Shown: positions 39,566-52,408, counted from the whole stretch's first letter. The stretch: DNA of 63,990 nt, filler included, from Lama guanicoe (GCA_013239625.1; 94 parts of 94 records of this genome joined end to end with filler, not necessarily neighbours in it); one strand, 5' to 3'. The notes: a model not told the origin generated them from the sequence alone. Program-made: numbers and translations.

Positions 39566-40364
39566 NNNNNNNNNNNNNNNNNNNNNNNNNNNNNNNNNNN
39601 NNNNNNNNNTTAATTAATTAANNNNNNNNNNNNNNNNNNNNNNNNNNNNNNNNNNNNNNNNNNNNGATCTGGATAGAGGGGCACATTTCTAACTTCTCCT
39701 AGAGAACTGTTAGTTTTCCCATTGTGATAAAACAAACAAAAGAAACGAACACTTAAAACCCGAGACATTGAGACTCACAGATAATCTCATGCCAGGATGT
39801 GGGAAAAGGTAACAATTATCAAAAGTGTGATAGAATTGGATAGAGGAAAAAAAGCAATGGTTTTAATGTATGGTAAATCCTGCCTTCATGTTCTGAAAAT
39901 AGACTATCTGAAAAGGCAGAAATTTCTAAAATTCTGTAATTGGTCTTTTGATGCTCTGATGCAGAGATCCAAGGTCTATACCAGGAATTCTTATTAAGGG
40001 GAGAAAGCCTTGGATTTCAGCAGAATTAATTGAGAGATTTTACTTTTCTAGCCCTACTCACCTCCCACCTGCTGAAAGGCAGTTCAGCACTGGAGAGGAG
40101 GGTTGCTTTTGGAGCCAGATTATGTAGGCTCGAATCCTGACTCTTCCACTCAGTTTATAACTCTAGTCAGGTTGCTTTCTGTATTTTGCATCTTCAGCTA
40201 CAATTGGGAATCAAAAGTAAATCACAGAATTATTTTGATTGAAATAATCCACAAACTGCTTATCNNNNNNNNNNNNNNNNNNNNNNNNNNNNNNNNNNNN
40301 NNNNNNNNTTAATTAATTAANNNNNNNNNNNNNNNNNNNNNNNNNNNNNNNNNNNNNNNNNNNN

Positions 40365-41140
40365 GCAGTCAAAAATCTGCATATAACTTTTGAATCCCCC
40401 CAAACTTGATTACAAATAGCTTACTATTGACTGGAAGCCTTTTTGATAACATGGACAGTTTATTAACACATATTTTGTATGTTATGTGTCTTATATCCTG
40501 TAGTCTTACAATAAAGTAAGGTAGAGAAAAGAAAATGTTATTAAGAAAATCATAAGGAAAAGGAAATACATTTACATTATTACACTGTATTTATCATTAC
40601 TGTAACTTTACATTGTCTCTTTACAAGATGAATTGTCTGTCAGTACCTGCATTAATATTGTATTATACTACACCCTGTAGATATTGTACCTTTTACCAAC
40701 ATTAGACATAAAAAATTAAAAGATAATGTGAAAAAGAAATTCATATTTACTTATAGGTATAATGATTCATACATTTGTTAATGAAGAAGCAGCAAATTTT
40801 ATTGCCTTAAAGTATTATAGTATAATCAATATGATTGCTTCGTAGTAGCCTAACCTGTAAACTAATAAATGAATCATTATACAATTTTTTGTCACACACA
40901 TTATTACAGTCATATTCACAATTGTATTGAAAATATTGTTACTTAAAAAAAAAAAACCTAACTGTGGTAAAAGGCTGATATGCAGTTTCTCCAATTATGA
41001 GAGAGAGGCATACCGTAATGGTAATATAATTCTTTGAAATTGAAGAAAACTAATACAGTATTAATTTTATATTAAAAGTTACAATATTATATTTGTCTTT
41101 TTGATATCAGAGTAATGCTGCTCTCATAATGATTTGGAAG
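40365..41140 (-). mobile_element. Tigger2-family DNA transposon fragment
   Basis: GCAGTCAAAAATCTGCATATAACTTTTGA...TTACAATAAAGTAAGGTAGAGAAAAGAAAATGTTATTAAGAAAATCATAAGGAA matches Tigger2 subterminal sequence; strand is tentative. Confidence 0.85.
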
Positions 41141-41335
41141 NNNNNNNNNNNNNNNNNNNNNNNNNNNNNNNNNNNNNNNNNNNNTTAATTAATTAANNNN
41201 NNNNNNNNNNNNNNNNNNNNNNNNNNNNNNNNNNNNNNNNTTTATATACAATTCCTTTTGCTTTCAGTTTGAAATATTACAGTAATTTACAGAGTTATAT
41301 AGTTCAGTACGTTTTCTTCCACCCCCTGTAGTTAA

Positions 41336-41497
41336 TGCTATGGTCTGAGTATCTGTGTCCTTCAAAATTCATATATTGAAATCCTAACCCCCAAGCATGG
41401 TAATTATTGTAGATGGGACTTTCGGGAAGTGACTAGATCATGAGGAAGAAGACTTCATGAACGGTATTAGTGCCCTTATGAAAGAGATCCCACAGAG
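41336..41497 (+). mobile_element. MaLR LTR 5' part (MLT1A-like)
   Basis: TGCTATGGTCTGA...AAAATTCATATATTGAAATCCTAACCCCCAA...ATTAGTGCCCTTATGAAAGAG. Confidence 0.88.
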
Positions 41498-41793
41498 CAT
41501 AAATTTTAACAATGTTCTCCTAGGGCACTCTACCAAGCAGTATAAATAGAAGCAAAATTAAACAAATGGGATCTAATTAAACATACAAGCTTTTGTACAG
41601 CAAGGGAAACTATAAACAAAATGAAAACATAATCTATGGAATGGCTGAAAATAGTTGCTAACAATTTAGCTAACAAGGACTTAAATTTCCAGGACACAGA
41701 AACAGTTCATATAATTTAACAATAAAAAAAAAAACAACAAAAAGCAATAAAAAATGAGAAGACCTAAACAAACATCTCTCCAATGAAAAGACA
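41498..41793 (+). mobile_element. 5'-truncated LINE-1 ORF2 inserted in the MLT1A-like LTR
   Basis: AATGTTCTCCTAGGGCACTCTACC...AAACAAATGGGATCTAATTAAACATACAAGCTTTTGTACAGCAAGG (KWDLIKHTSFCTAR); same subfamily signature as 13284-13660. Confidence 0.9.
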
Positions 41794-44700
41794 NNNNNNN
41801 NNNNNNNNNNNNNNNNNNNNNNNNNNNNNNNNNNNNNTTAATTAATTAANNNNNNNNNNNNNNNNNNNNNNNNNNNNNNNNNNNNNNNNNNNNATAAACA
41901 TATATTATCAGAAGTTAGACCTGCATTTATCTCAGACCTAGATTTCCAGGGAATTTAATTTTTTGAGGCCTTTTTGAAAGGTTTAATGGACGTTAGTAGG
42001 AATGGTAAAGAATAAACTTTCTTGCTAGGATACAAACAGTCTGGGTTTGAATGAAATATACACATAGAAGCTGAATCTTACTAATAAAAAAACTCACTCA
42101 AAAATATAACCCTAAGTTAAGATTTTAAGCTGTATATTGAGTATTAAACTACCTAAATACTGTATGGCTGAATCTGGGTCTGTAACAGTGACCCATGATG
42201 GGCCTATATGGGACCAGCGTTTCCATGGTCACCATTAACTTGGAGAAATAAGTTGCACAGCCTGCATTTGGTAAACTTTTTGGGCAGCAACTTAATTTTG
42301 GTTGGAAATATACATCTTCATACATGTATCTCCTCCCTCTCAGGGAGAAAGGTGTCAATGTCTTTAGGTAAGTCCATTGTTGTGGATACTGATGATTGAA
42401 GGAAAGATGGAAGCAGTAATGATAACCGATGATATTGAGGTAGGTGTCTATTACCTCAGAATTTCAAATTTTATTTTATTTCTCTGCCTCACTTCAAACA
42501 AGTATGTCATACCCTTCTCTCTGAATTATGAAAAATGAAGGCAGTATCAAACATACAATTTGTCATGATCTCAGCATTGTTCTTTATGTAGATTCACAGT
42601 TACAAGTTGACACCATTTTTTAANNNNNNNNNNNNNNNNNNNNNNNNNNNNNNNNNNNNNNNNNNNNTTAATTAATTAANNNNNNNNNNNNNNNNNNNNN
42701 NNNNNNNNNNNNNNNNNNNNNNNAGACATCTGGGAGATAAGACATTTGGTCATGAGTTCCGAGCGTGAATTTATCAGAAATAGCCTGTTGCCTTCCGGCT
42801 TAAGAAACTAGTCTTCCTGTTGCTCAAGGGACAGAATTCTGAGCGCTGTCCTCAGGCCTCAGCAGCGTGTCTCTGACCTGCAGGTGGTCGTGCAGCTCTG
42901 AACAAGCAGGGAGGCACTGTGTTTCCAGGGGGCAGCGTCAGGCTGGGGCAATCAGAGGGCGCTGGGTGCAGTTCAGACGGACAGGCGAGAGGGCAGGGGC
43001 TCTGGCACGGGGTGGGGGGGGGACACCACAGGGGAGGGAAGAAGAGCCAATGTCCACACTTCAAAANNNNNNNNNNNNNNNNNNNNNNNNNNNNNNNNNN
43101 NNNNNNNNNNTTAATTAATTAANNNNNNNNNNNNNNNNNNNNNNNNNNNNNNNNNNNNNNNNNNNNGTTTATCAAACATCTGTTTCTGAAAAGGTCTTTA
43201 TGAAGGCTGTACTCTTTTCTAAATTGCAAGACTAAAATAGTCAAGTTTATTCAGTATTATAAACTAGAACCTAGTTCTATTTTTTGTTTATCTCTAATCT
43301 CTAAGTTATTTTATATGCTTTAAATCACATGGTTAAAGTTCTGTAAGTCAAGTTTTGTTATTTTATCTTTAATTGCTGCAGTTTTATTGATGCTTTAGAT
43401 TGAATGTAGTTAGTAGTGAGTTTCTAGTTTCCTCTGGTTTTTTTTAAATGAGTGAACATAGTTTTGTTCAAAATTTATCCCTGAGGTTCTAAAAAGCCTA
43501 AACACCTACTTCTGCTTACAATAGAAAGCAGGTCCTTAAAAATGAAACGATAAATTCTACTCAAGTGTCAGCTGTCTGAGTATGTAGAAGTTTAGTACTT
43601 ATGTAAAAGATTGTCATTGATTGTCCAGGTGCCGATGAGGTTATAAGACTTACTTTGAATCCCAGCACATGCTAGGGTAGCGGAATTCTCAAGTACAAGC
43701 TAGGAGACGGGGATTTTGGAAGTGATCCTTGGTCAAGTCATTTGAGAGCTTTTGTTCTTCTATTGTTGTTTTTTTAACTATTAAATCAGAATTATAATAG
43801 CTTTTGCTCCTTTCTCAGAATGTTGTTATGTGGAACAAATCAGGTAGGATAGTATTCTGGAAAAATAAGAAACACTAAACTAGTTCAGAGCACTACCATA
43901 CATATTGTCATTGTTGTTCAGATAAGAGTTTCTAGACTGTCAGTTTGATTTTCTGATGAAAATGTAGTTCTGAGGTTAAATCCAATTATATTTATCTGAG
44001 GTGTTTGTTTACATTGTACTGTTGCACTAGGATTTTGTTGTATTCAGTGTTTCTTGAAATGTTTGCCTAAGTAGAGGGCTTATATTTGCAAATCATTTGA
44101 ACTTTGTGACTGTTGATAAAAAAAGAATAGTGATTGTATTAGAAATTTCACTGNNNNNNNNNNNNNNNNNNNNNNNNNNNNNNNNNNNNNNNNNNNNTTA
44201 ATTAATTAANNNNNNNNNNNNNNNNNNNNNNNNNNNNNNNNNNNNNNNNNNNNTTCTTTCTTCTCCTTTCTTGTTTTTCTTTGATTAACCAAGTTTTTTT
44301 TTTTTTAGTTGCTCTTATTGTTCATTTCTGGATTTTGCAAATCATAGTTTGTAAAGATTACCCTTTTAAAGACGTTGAGCAATTAATTTCTGATTACTCT
44401 CTGCTGACTATATGATTAACTATTTTTTTGACATTTTAGTATCTTATATTTATATTTTAATTCCATGGGTGGCATGTTATTTACATATCTACATACACAA
44501 ATGCATATGTGTGTACATTTATATTTTATTTGCACACCATTTCTACCTAAATCTCCAACTGTACTTCTCACATTATGCCTATTCATTAGAGACATGTCTG
44601 ATGGAGGACATGTCCTGGCACACTTCTGTTTATCTATATATTTATATTACTTTATTCTTGAAAGAGAATTTTGGTGGGAACACATTTCCAAGTTGACTGT

Positions 44701-44907
44701 TATTTTCTCTCAAAACATTGAATGTATTTTTTCCTCGCCTTCTGGCTACCATTTTTAGTATTGAGAAGTCCTTTGTGGTTGAGCTGTATTTCTTATTCTG
44801 TGACTATNNNNNNNNNNNNNNNNNNNNNNNNNNNNNNNNNNNNNNNNNNNNTTAATTAATTAANNNNNNNNNNNNNNNNNNNNNNNNNNNNNNNNNNNNN
44901 NNNNNNN

Positions 44908-45380
44908 CCAGCAGAGCATTGTGCTAAGTATTTACCCAAGAAAAAAGAAAATATATACTTATCCAAGACTTGTAGTCAATGTGGACTTTATTCAAAATAG
45001 CTCCCATCTGAAAACTAATTGTCTATCTATAGTTGAATAGATAAAAAATATTGATACATCCATAAAATGGAATACTGTCAGCAATAAAAGAATGAACTAC
45101 TGACACATGGATAACAATATGGATAAATGACAAAAGCATTATGCTAAGTAAGTAATGCCTACACACAGAAGACTTCATACTATATAATTCCATTTATATG
45201 AAACTTTAGAAAAGAAAAAGATACAGTGACAGAAAGTGGATCAGTGGTTGCCATAGACAGGAGGTAAGGGTAGGGAACTGGCTTCAGAGGGGCACAAAGG
45301 AATTATCTATGCAACGATTAAGTGGTGTTTTCAGGACTGTCATTTGTCAAAATATATCATATACCTTACAGCTAACGTGT
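44908..45380 (+). mobile_element. Old LINE-1 3' end (L1MB/MC/ME-like)
   Basis: CATAAAATGGAATACTGTCAGCAATAAAAGAATGAACTACTGACACA...ATTCCATTTATATGAAA...GATCAGTGGTTGCC. Confidence 0.85.
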
Positions 45381-46699
45381 ACATGTGCTAAAAATGAAAC
45401 ATGTGCAAGGTTATTCATTGCAAAAAAGCACTAACTGAATCTACATTTACTAGAGTGCTGCCATATATATGTGTGTATATATGTATGTATTTTAAAGTGC
45501 CTAGGTGCTTCCAAAGGAAAATTGAATTCTTATCCAATTCTTATGAAGAAAAGTACCCATAATATGGGATCTAAATTCAATGTGTATATAATTATATGAG
45601 CCTGAGGGACTTGCTGGAACATGTAGCCCAGTGGGACACCCCAGTCTGCTTGGACTCTTCAGAATGGACTGGTGATCGTAGCCACTCTGACCTCACTTTT
45701 TGGGCTTCCTGTTTCTCATTAGTATTCTAAGGAAGAGAATGACAGAGAGGATGGATTACGAAGGAAGAAAAGACNNNNNNNNNNNNNNNNNNNNNNNNNN
45801 NNNNNNNNNNNNNNNNNNTTAATTAATTAANNNNNNNNNNNNNNNNNNNNNNNNNNNNNNNNNNNNNNNNNNNNATGATGCTTGCTATTGTATTAAGAAA
45901 ACACAGGCATAACATTTTGCATATCTAGTATAGTAAAAATTCTATTTTTTTTCTTTTACACAATGGGTCCACATGACAATAGAGAGCATTTAAAGATAGG
46001 AAAACAGTCTGAGAAAATATAACTCATTGAGATCCAAGTAAGAGATCTTAGTTTATGAACTAATTCCGAGCACTGTCATCTTTAAGACACACTAATTGAA
46101 CACTATAAAGGGCATTATTTTCAATGCTGAAGATATGGAGTGTATGACAACTTGTAGTCTAGTGGGACTTGTATGGTAGCTGGGAGACTGGTTGTATAGG
46201 GGAGTTGGTGGTCAGAGAAAGTTTCATATGGAATGACAATTTTAAATAATAGCAAAATAAGTGTGGTTGCAGGGGAAGTAAAAGGGAGGGCTGCTGATCC
46301 GTATGGATAAATAAATCAGAATGTTTAACAGCAGCATGCATGAAGTGAGTCTTCATATGAAAAAGAGAAAGTTGGTGAGGTCAAGACTGAAGCAGGCAAG
46401 TAGTAAANNNNNNNNNNNNNNNNNNNNNNNNNNNNNNNNNNNNNNNNNNNNTTAATTAATTAANNNNNNNNNNNNNNNNNNNNNNNNNNNNNNNNNNNNN
46501 NNNNNNNAAATCAATGAGGTAAATCTCTGCAAGGGTCAGAGAACTCCTACGTGGACGACAGCACCACGTTGGCCATGCCCACAGCTCAGGTAGTCCCAGC
46601 AACGGGCTGCTCTTCAAACCACACCTGCACGTTTGCTCAGGACTCCTAAGCCGTTCCCTGAGGTACTTCCCCTCACAGACACCTGAGCAGTGTTTCTAC

Positions 46700-47232
46700 A
46701 CAGAACGCTGTGGGGCCCTGTTTTCTGACCAGTGTCCTTCTTCTGATAACACACTGCCTCCAGGGCGATGGTGAAAACCCACAGCCCTTTCTAACGCAGC
46801 CCTGAACCGCATGGGAAGTCTATGTTTACTGTGTAAGAAAGTGTCAACGTGTCATCCACAGACGATGTGCTGTCTCACACTCCCACGAGCAGTGGTGGGG
46901 AGTCCCTGTTGCTCCATGTCCTTGGCGGCACTTGGTGTTGTCAGTATGCTGGGTGTTGCCCGTTCTAACAGATGGGCAGTAGTGTTTCACGGCTGTCTAC
47001 AAGTAGACTTTCCTGATGAAAACCATGCTGCACACTTTTTTGTGTCTGCTCAGATCTTTGGACTGTTTTTCGACTGGTGTATACGTTTTCTCTTCTTCCA
47101 TATTTTTCATGTTATTCATGGTACAGATACACGATTTGAAAATATATCCTCCTAGATTATGCCTTGACTTTTCACTCACTCAGCAGCATCATTTTCAAAA
47201 CAAAACATTTCACTTGGATGCAGCAAAGTCTA
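46700..47232 (-). mobile_element. Old LINE-1 fragment (antisense)
   Basis: CACACTCCCACGAGCAGTG...CCTGTTGCTCCATGTCCTTGGCGGCACTTGGTGTTGTCAG. Confidence 0.7.
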
Positions 47233-48852
47233 NNNNNNNNNNNNNNNNNNNNNNNNNNNNNNNNNNNNNNNNNNNNTTAATTAATTAANNNNNNNNNNNN
47301 NNNNNNNNNNNNNNNNNNNNNNNNNNNNNNNNGATACCACTTCCCTTGCTGCCCTTTCAAATTAAGCTGTTCGTGGGGTTTATTTGTTTGTTTTGCTTTC
47401 ATTTAAGGACCAAGAGTTTGGTTAGGTGTCCATTTGCTCCTTTTTGATAGTTTTAGATCATTTACATCCTTTGTTCTCTGGGGGAGTGTGGACAGATCTG
47501 CTCTTTTGAAGATCCTATCATCAAGGTGGGATCTCTTCTTTCCCTCTGGTCACACTGTCTTATATGATGAACTTGTCTTCATTACTTTTTACCTTTAGGA
47601 CCATAGTCTTTCTATCTCAATCCCTGCTGTCAGGGACCTCAACATCACATGAATTAATTGTCCAGCAGTCTCTCAGTTCTTTATCCCTTCAACTCCAGTC
47701 ATTTATTTGCAAGCCAGTCAGAATTTACTTTCTAAAATTCATCATCACCTAACTTCTGAAGTTACAACAATAAACACCCTAATTTATAGCCATAATTTCC
47801 TGTTTTTCTTGCTTTAATGAATCTCATTTCTTCTTGTGCTTTTTTTAACCTNNNNNNNNNNNNNNNNNNNNNNNNNNNNNNNNNNNNNNNNNNNNTTAAT
47901 TAATTAANNNNNNNNNNNNNNNNNNNNNNNNNNNNNNNNNNNNNNNNNNNNTTTTTTTTTTAACAGTTTGACATTTTCTTCCCCTTGTTTACTTAGTCCG
48001 TGTCAGCAAGCCTGCCTAATCACCTCTCTCAATCACATGGTAGTCTTGAGGAACCAGGAGACCATTGGTCATGGGAAAATATGAACTGGCTAAATAAACC
48101 CAGCAAAACAGGAGGAAAACACTAAAACAGGTTTAATATAGATTTCTAACAGAAATTTTCACACTTCTCAAAGTAGAAAACGTTTCGTGAAAATAAAGAT
48201 CGAAAGTATATTTTCAATGTTACAGTACCTGTTGAACAACTTTTGCACGCATAGATGATAGGCTTGCTTGACATCGAAGAAGTCAAACAGGCATTGAGTG
48301 CTATATTTAAGCACCAAATCAAATACGAATAAAGTGCCAGGAAAGTTGAAATTATGTAAGATGGAAAATGCTTTAACCTCATTGTGGGACGTTTCCTGAA
48401 GAAGACGGCTTTCTAGTTAAGGCTCAAAATTTGTATGTCTTTACACCTTGGAAACTACAGCACATAGATCTTTTGTAGAGGTAGTAAAATCACACTTGAC
48501 TTTAGAATTTTTAAGGCCTNNNNNNNNNNNNNNNNNNNNNNNNNNNNNNNNNNNNNNNNNNNNTTAATTAATTAANNNNNNNNNNNNNNNNNNNNNNNNN
48601 NNNNNNNNNNNNNNNNNNNGTTTCTATTTTCTGTATGTTATTGTTCATAACCCACCCCAGCTGCACACGCAGGCAACTGTTTGTAGTCTCCTGTGGTTTC
48701 TTTGTATTTCGTTACTTGAGGTGCAGGGACTGCAGCAAGAGGTCCCAGGTCTCAGCCTACTTCAGTCCTAGAAACATATACCAATCTGCATCTAAACTTC
48801 ACAAGTTTTTCTCTAGAGCACTTTTCCATAGCCTCCCTTCCTAAATACCCTT

Positions 48853-49155
48853 TGTTGTAGGCACAACAATATTAGGAGATTCCCAAAGCCAGAGGTAAAC
48901 ATGCCCATAAGGACATGCCTGGTGGAAGTAAGAGCTGCTTCTGCAAAAACAAGGACAACATTGCAACAATTTGTTACCTTGTATGCGACCTCTATGGAAA
49001 TTAGGGCCGCCCCTTGAACTCTTGAACTTTTACTGTAAAACCCCCTTCCTTCTATCCCTGGAGGTTCACTGTCTTGGAGGCACTAGCCCGCTGTGAGCTC
49101 CTTTGCCTGGCAAAGAAATAAAACTCTTTTCTGCTTCATCCAAAAAAAAAAAAAA
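48853..49155 (+). mobile_element. ERV1-type LTR (U3-R) ending in an A14 tract, U5 absent
   Basis: GGCACTAGCCCGCTGTG...CCTTTGCCTGGCAAAG-AATAAA (49117-49122), 19 nt, then A14 (49142-49155). The 5' boundary at TG is tentative. Confidence 0.7.
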
Positions 49156-49458
49156 GTAAAACTTGTTAGAGACTGCTCATTCATTTTCATAAGGTATAAT
49201 TTGTATATGTTAAAGGGGTGACTTGATTTATTCTCCATTCATAGCAGAGCAGCCCATCCTCTTCATTTTTCTTGCTGTCCTCTCTACAAATGTGAAACTC
49301 ATCCAGGTGCGTTTTGTTTTGTAAGTCATAGGCTTATTTGTGGTGATGAAGAAATCATNNNNNNNNNNNNNNNNNNNNNNNNNNNNNNNNNNNNNNNNNN
49401 NNTTAATTAATTAANNNNNNNNNNNNNNNNNNNNNNNNNNNNNNNNNNNNNNNNNNNN

Positions 49459-49943
49459 TGTACTATTAGCTGTTGGTCTTTAATAGATGTCTTTTCAGTT
49501 TGAGAAATTCCCCTTCTAGTCATAGATTACTGATAGGTTCTTTTTTTAATCATGAATGATCAGTGGATTTTTAAAATTTTTTTCTCTGAAATTATTAAGA
49601 TAATCAAATGAATTGTCTTCTTTATTTTATTAATATGGTGAGTTATATTCATTTATTTTGAATATTAAATTAACTTATATTCCTGGAAAAAAATTCTGCT
49701 TGGCCATTATACATGGTATTTCTAATATATTGCTGAATATAATTTGCTAGTATTTTCTTTAAAAAATTACATCTAATACTCATGAAGACTATGATACTGA
49801 TATTTTCTCTTTCATAATGTTTTGCCTGGCATTGTTATTAGAGTAATACTGGCCTCATAAAATGAGTCGAGGATTTCTTTTTATCTGTTTTGAACAGAAT
49901 TTGAGTAATACTAATACCATTTGTGTGGTATTAGCATTATTTC
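49459..49943 (-). mobile_element. Old LINE-1 ORF2 (antisense)
   Basis: TTGAGAAATTCCCCTTCTAGTC...TTATTAGAGTAATACTGGCCTCATAAAATGAGT. Confidence 0.85.
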
Positions 49944-50663
49944 NNNNNNNNNNNNNNNNNNNNNNNNNNNNNNNNNNNNNNNNNNNNTTAATTAATTAAN
50001 NNNNNNNNNNNNNNNNNNNNNNNNNNNNNNNNNNNNNNNNNNNGAGAATCTCTGCAGCAAAGCCCCCCCGAGAGCGAAGGTGTTAGTGCAGTCCCACTGA
50101 CCTCTCCCAAGAGGCCACCCTGACACTATTAAAGCAGCACAAATGGCTGCTTTAGAAAAGCTCCCCCTGGAACGGACGCAGTGGAGTAAGTGGAATCCCA
50201 CTGAAGGACAGCAGTGTAATGATACCCTGGAAAGAAATGGGCCTAATGTGTAACACAGTTGATATCTATTTTTAAAATAAGTTGACCCAGCTGAGAGAAT
50301 CCCATAGTTCAGGATCTAACTGGGTACACAGCTAAAGTAACAAGTGTTTTTCTCAAACTACAAGGGCATCCCATGCTCATGGAAACACACCGGTGGTATC
50401 CACTATTGGAAACTGACAGGAAACTTGAGAACGAACGCACTTCAATCCAAACGAGAAGGAATATGCTATTGACCACCAGACCGAACCTGCCTATCGCCCC
50501 AGCCGCAGTGACAAAGAAATGCAAATCGAACAGTTCAGCAAAAGTCTGCTTGCTGGGCATGTTNNNNNNNNNNNNNNNNNNNNNNNNNNNNNNNNNNNNN
50601 NNNNNNNTTAATTAATTAANNNNNNNNNNNNNNNNNNNNNNNNNNNNNNNNNNNNNNNNNNNN

Positions 50664-51218
50664 CACCTTAACAACTTTTACAAACAGATAAGTAGTTTGT
50701 AAACAAGGCAATCGTGCTTTCTGCTAAGGTTTTCACAAAAAGCCAAGGTTAAAAATAGGAGATGTGAGAAAACTTTTTATTCCCAGCTGTCCTAACTTTT
50801 TATTAGTGTTCTGACATTTGTTCATGTGCCAGGCATTCCATACAGTTCAAAATTAAATGCACTTTCTGATATTGGGTTCAAATTTCTTCCTGAGATCTTC
50901 TTTAAGAGCCACCAGCTCTTATTATATACCTCCCTCTTCTTTTCTTCTTTCTTTGTCCACAGCTCATTCTTCCTTTCAACTCACTACCTCCTTTCTTCAC
51001 TCACTAAGCACATTGAAAAGAAAGATACAGAATTAGATGGAGTTATTGTACTATTACAAGGAGGAAGATCAGGTGTTGGACAAGTATAAAATAGTCAAAC
51101 TTTGATAAAGAGGGTTACTGAAAGGTAAGAAAAGTAAAAGAAATATATATATAAATATATATATAAAACGCACACAAAAATTTATATCACCCATAGAGAC
51201 AGATCTAGGACCCCAGAA
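50664..51218 (+). repeat. Duplicate contig, copy 2 (pairs with 32430-32981)
   Basis: Same ends; 555 vs 552 bp. Confidence 0.93.
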
Positions 51219-51974
51219 NNNNNNNNNNNNNNNNNNNNNNNNNNNNNNNNNNNNNNNNNNNNTTAATTAATTAANNNNNNNNNNNNNNNNNNNNNNNNNN
51301 NNNNNNNNNNNNNNNNNNACCCACTTATCTGGGCGGGAGCAAAAATCAGCCACCCCAGCTGTTTTCAATTTATCAGAACAGCCATGCTGCGTGGTAAGTA
51401 AGGATGTGTAAGGATGCTACGGCCAATTCATTATCCATTTATTCATTATCAACTTATCACACTACCCATAATGTGATAGAGATACAGTTGTGAGCAAAAA
51501 TGAGTTCCCCAGATCTCCGCCCAGTGGGAATAAAACATTGAAAAATTAAACCAAATTGCAACCACGGACAGTGTTGTAAAGGAGCAGCGTAGCGTCCTAA
51601 TAACTTACAGTAGCAGAAGGTCAGCAAAGACCTTCCTGAAGTCTTCCTTGAGCCAAGACTTGAAGACTGGGAGGAAGTTACCTGGGGAAGAGTACTCCAA
51701 GCCCAAAGGATGACACAAAAAAGACTTGATGGTAATAAATTCAAGGAACTAAATTCAGCTTAAAGGAAATTCATTGTACCTGGACCACACAAGACCATGA
51801 AACACCTTGTAGACTATGGTAAGAANNNNNNNNNNNNNNNNNNNNNNNNNNNNNNNNNNNNNNNNNNNNTTAATTAATTAANNNNNNNNNNNNNNNNNNN
51901 NNNNNNNNNNNNNNNNNNNNNNNNNGTTCAGAGAGACGAAGTAGCCCCTGTTTTGCCTGCACTTCATTTCTGCA

Positions 51975-52145
51975 GCCGCCCCTGTTTTTGTAGCTGAATT
52001 ACAGTCACGCCTGACCCTGAAGCGTTGTCTTTTGTGTCAGGCCCTCTGATGGCAGAGTCGAGTAGTTGTTATGGAGATTGTATGGCCCTCAAGGCCGAAA
52101 GCATTTATCATCTGGCCCTTTACAGAAGAGATTTGCAAACCCCTG
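51975..52145 (-). mobile_element. MER58A-like hAT-Charlie element
   Basis: GGCAGAGTCGAGTAGTTG...ATCTGGCCCTTTACAGAAGAGATTTGCAAACCCCTG is the reverse complement of the MER58A start. Confidence 0.85.
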
Positions 52146-52155
52146 TTCTGCTATA

Positions 52156-52408
52156 CAGGCAAGCCTTGTTATATTTTGCGTTGCTTTATTGAGCTTCACA
52201 GATACTGTGTTTTTTACAAATTGAAGGTTTGTGGCAACCCCGCGTTGAGCAAGTCTATTGGTGCCATTTTTCCAACAATGTTTGCTCACTGTGTGTCTGT
52301 GTCACACCTGGGTAATTTTCACCATATTTAAAACTTTTTCATTATCATTATATTTGTCATGGTGATCTGTGATCAGTGATCTTTACTATTTCTATTGCAA
52401 AAAGATTT
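52156..52408 (+). mobile_element. Tigger1 5' end, internally deleted derivative
   Basis: TA target, then CAGGCAAGCCTTG...TTTTTACAAATTGAAGGTTTGTGGCAACCC...GGTGATCTGTGATCAGTGATCTTT, running straight into GCAAAAAGATT (3'-subterminal sequence). Confidence 0.9.

Noticed and set aside
50420..50563. CpG-containing stretch open in two frames
   Set aside because: No convincing splice acceptor or start, and no recognisable peptide.
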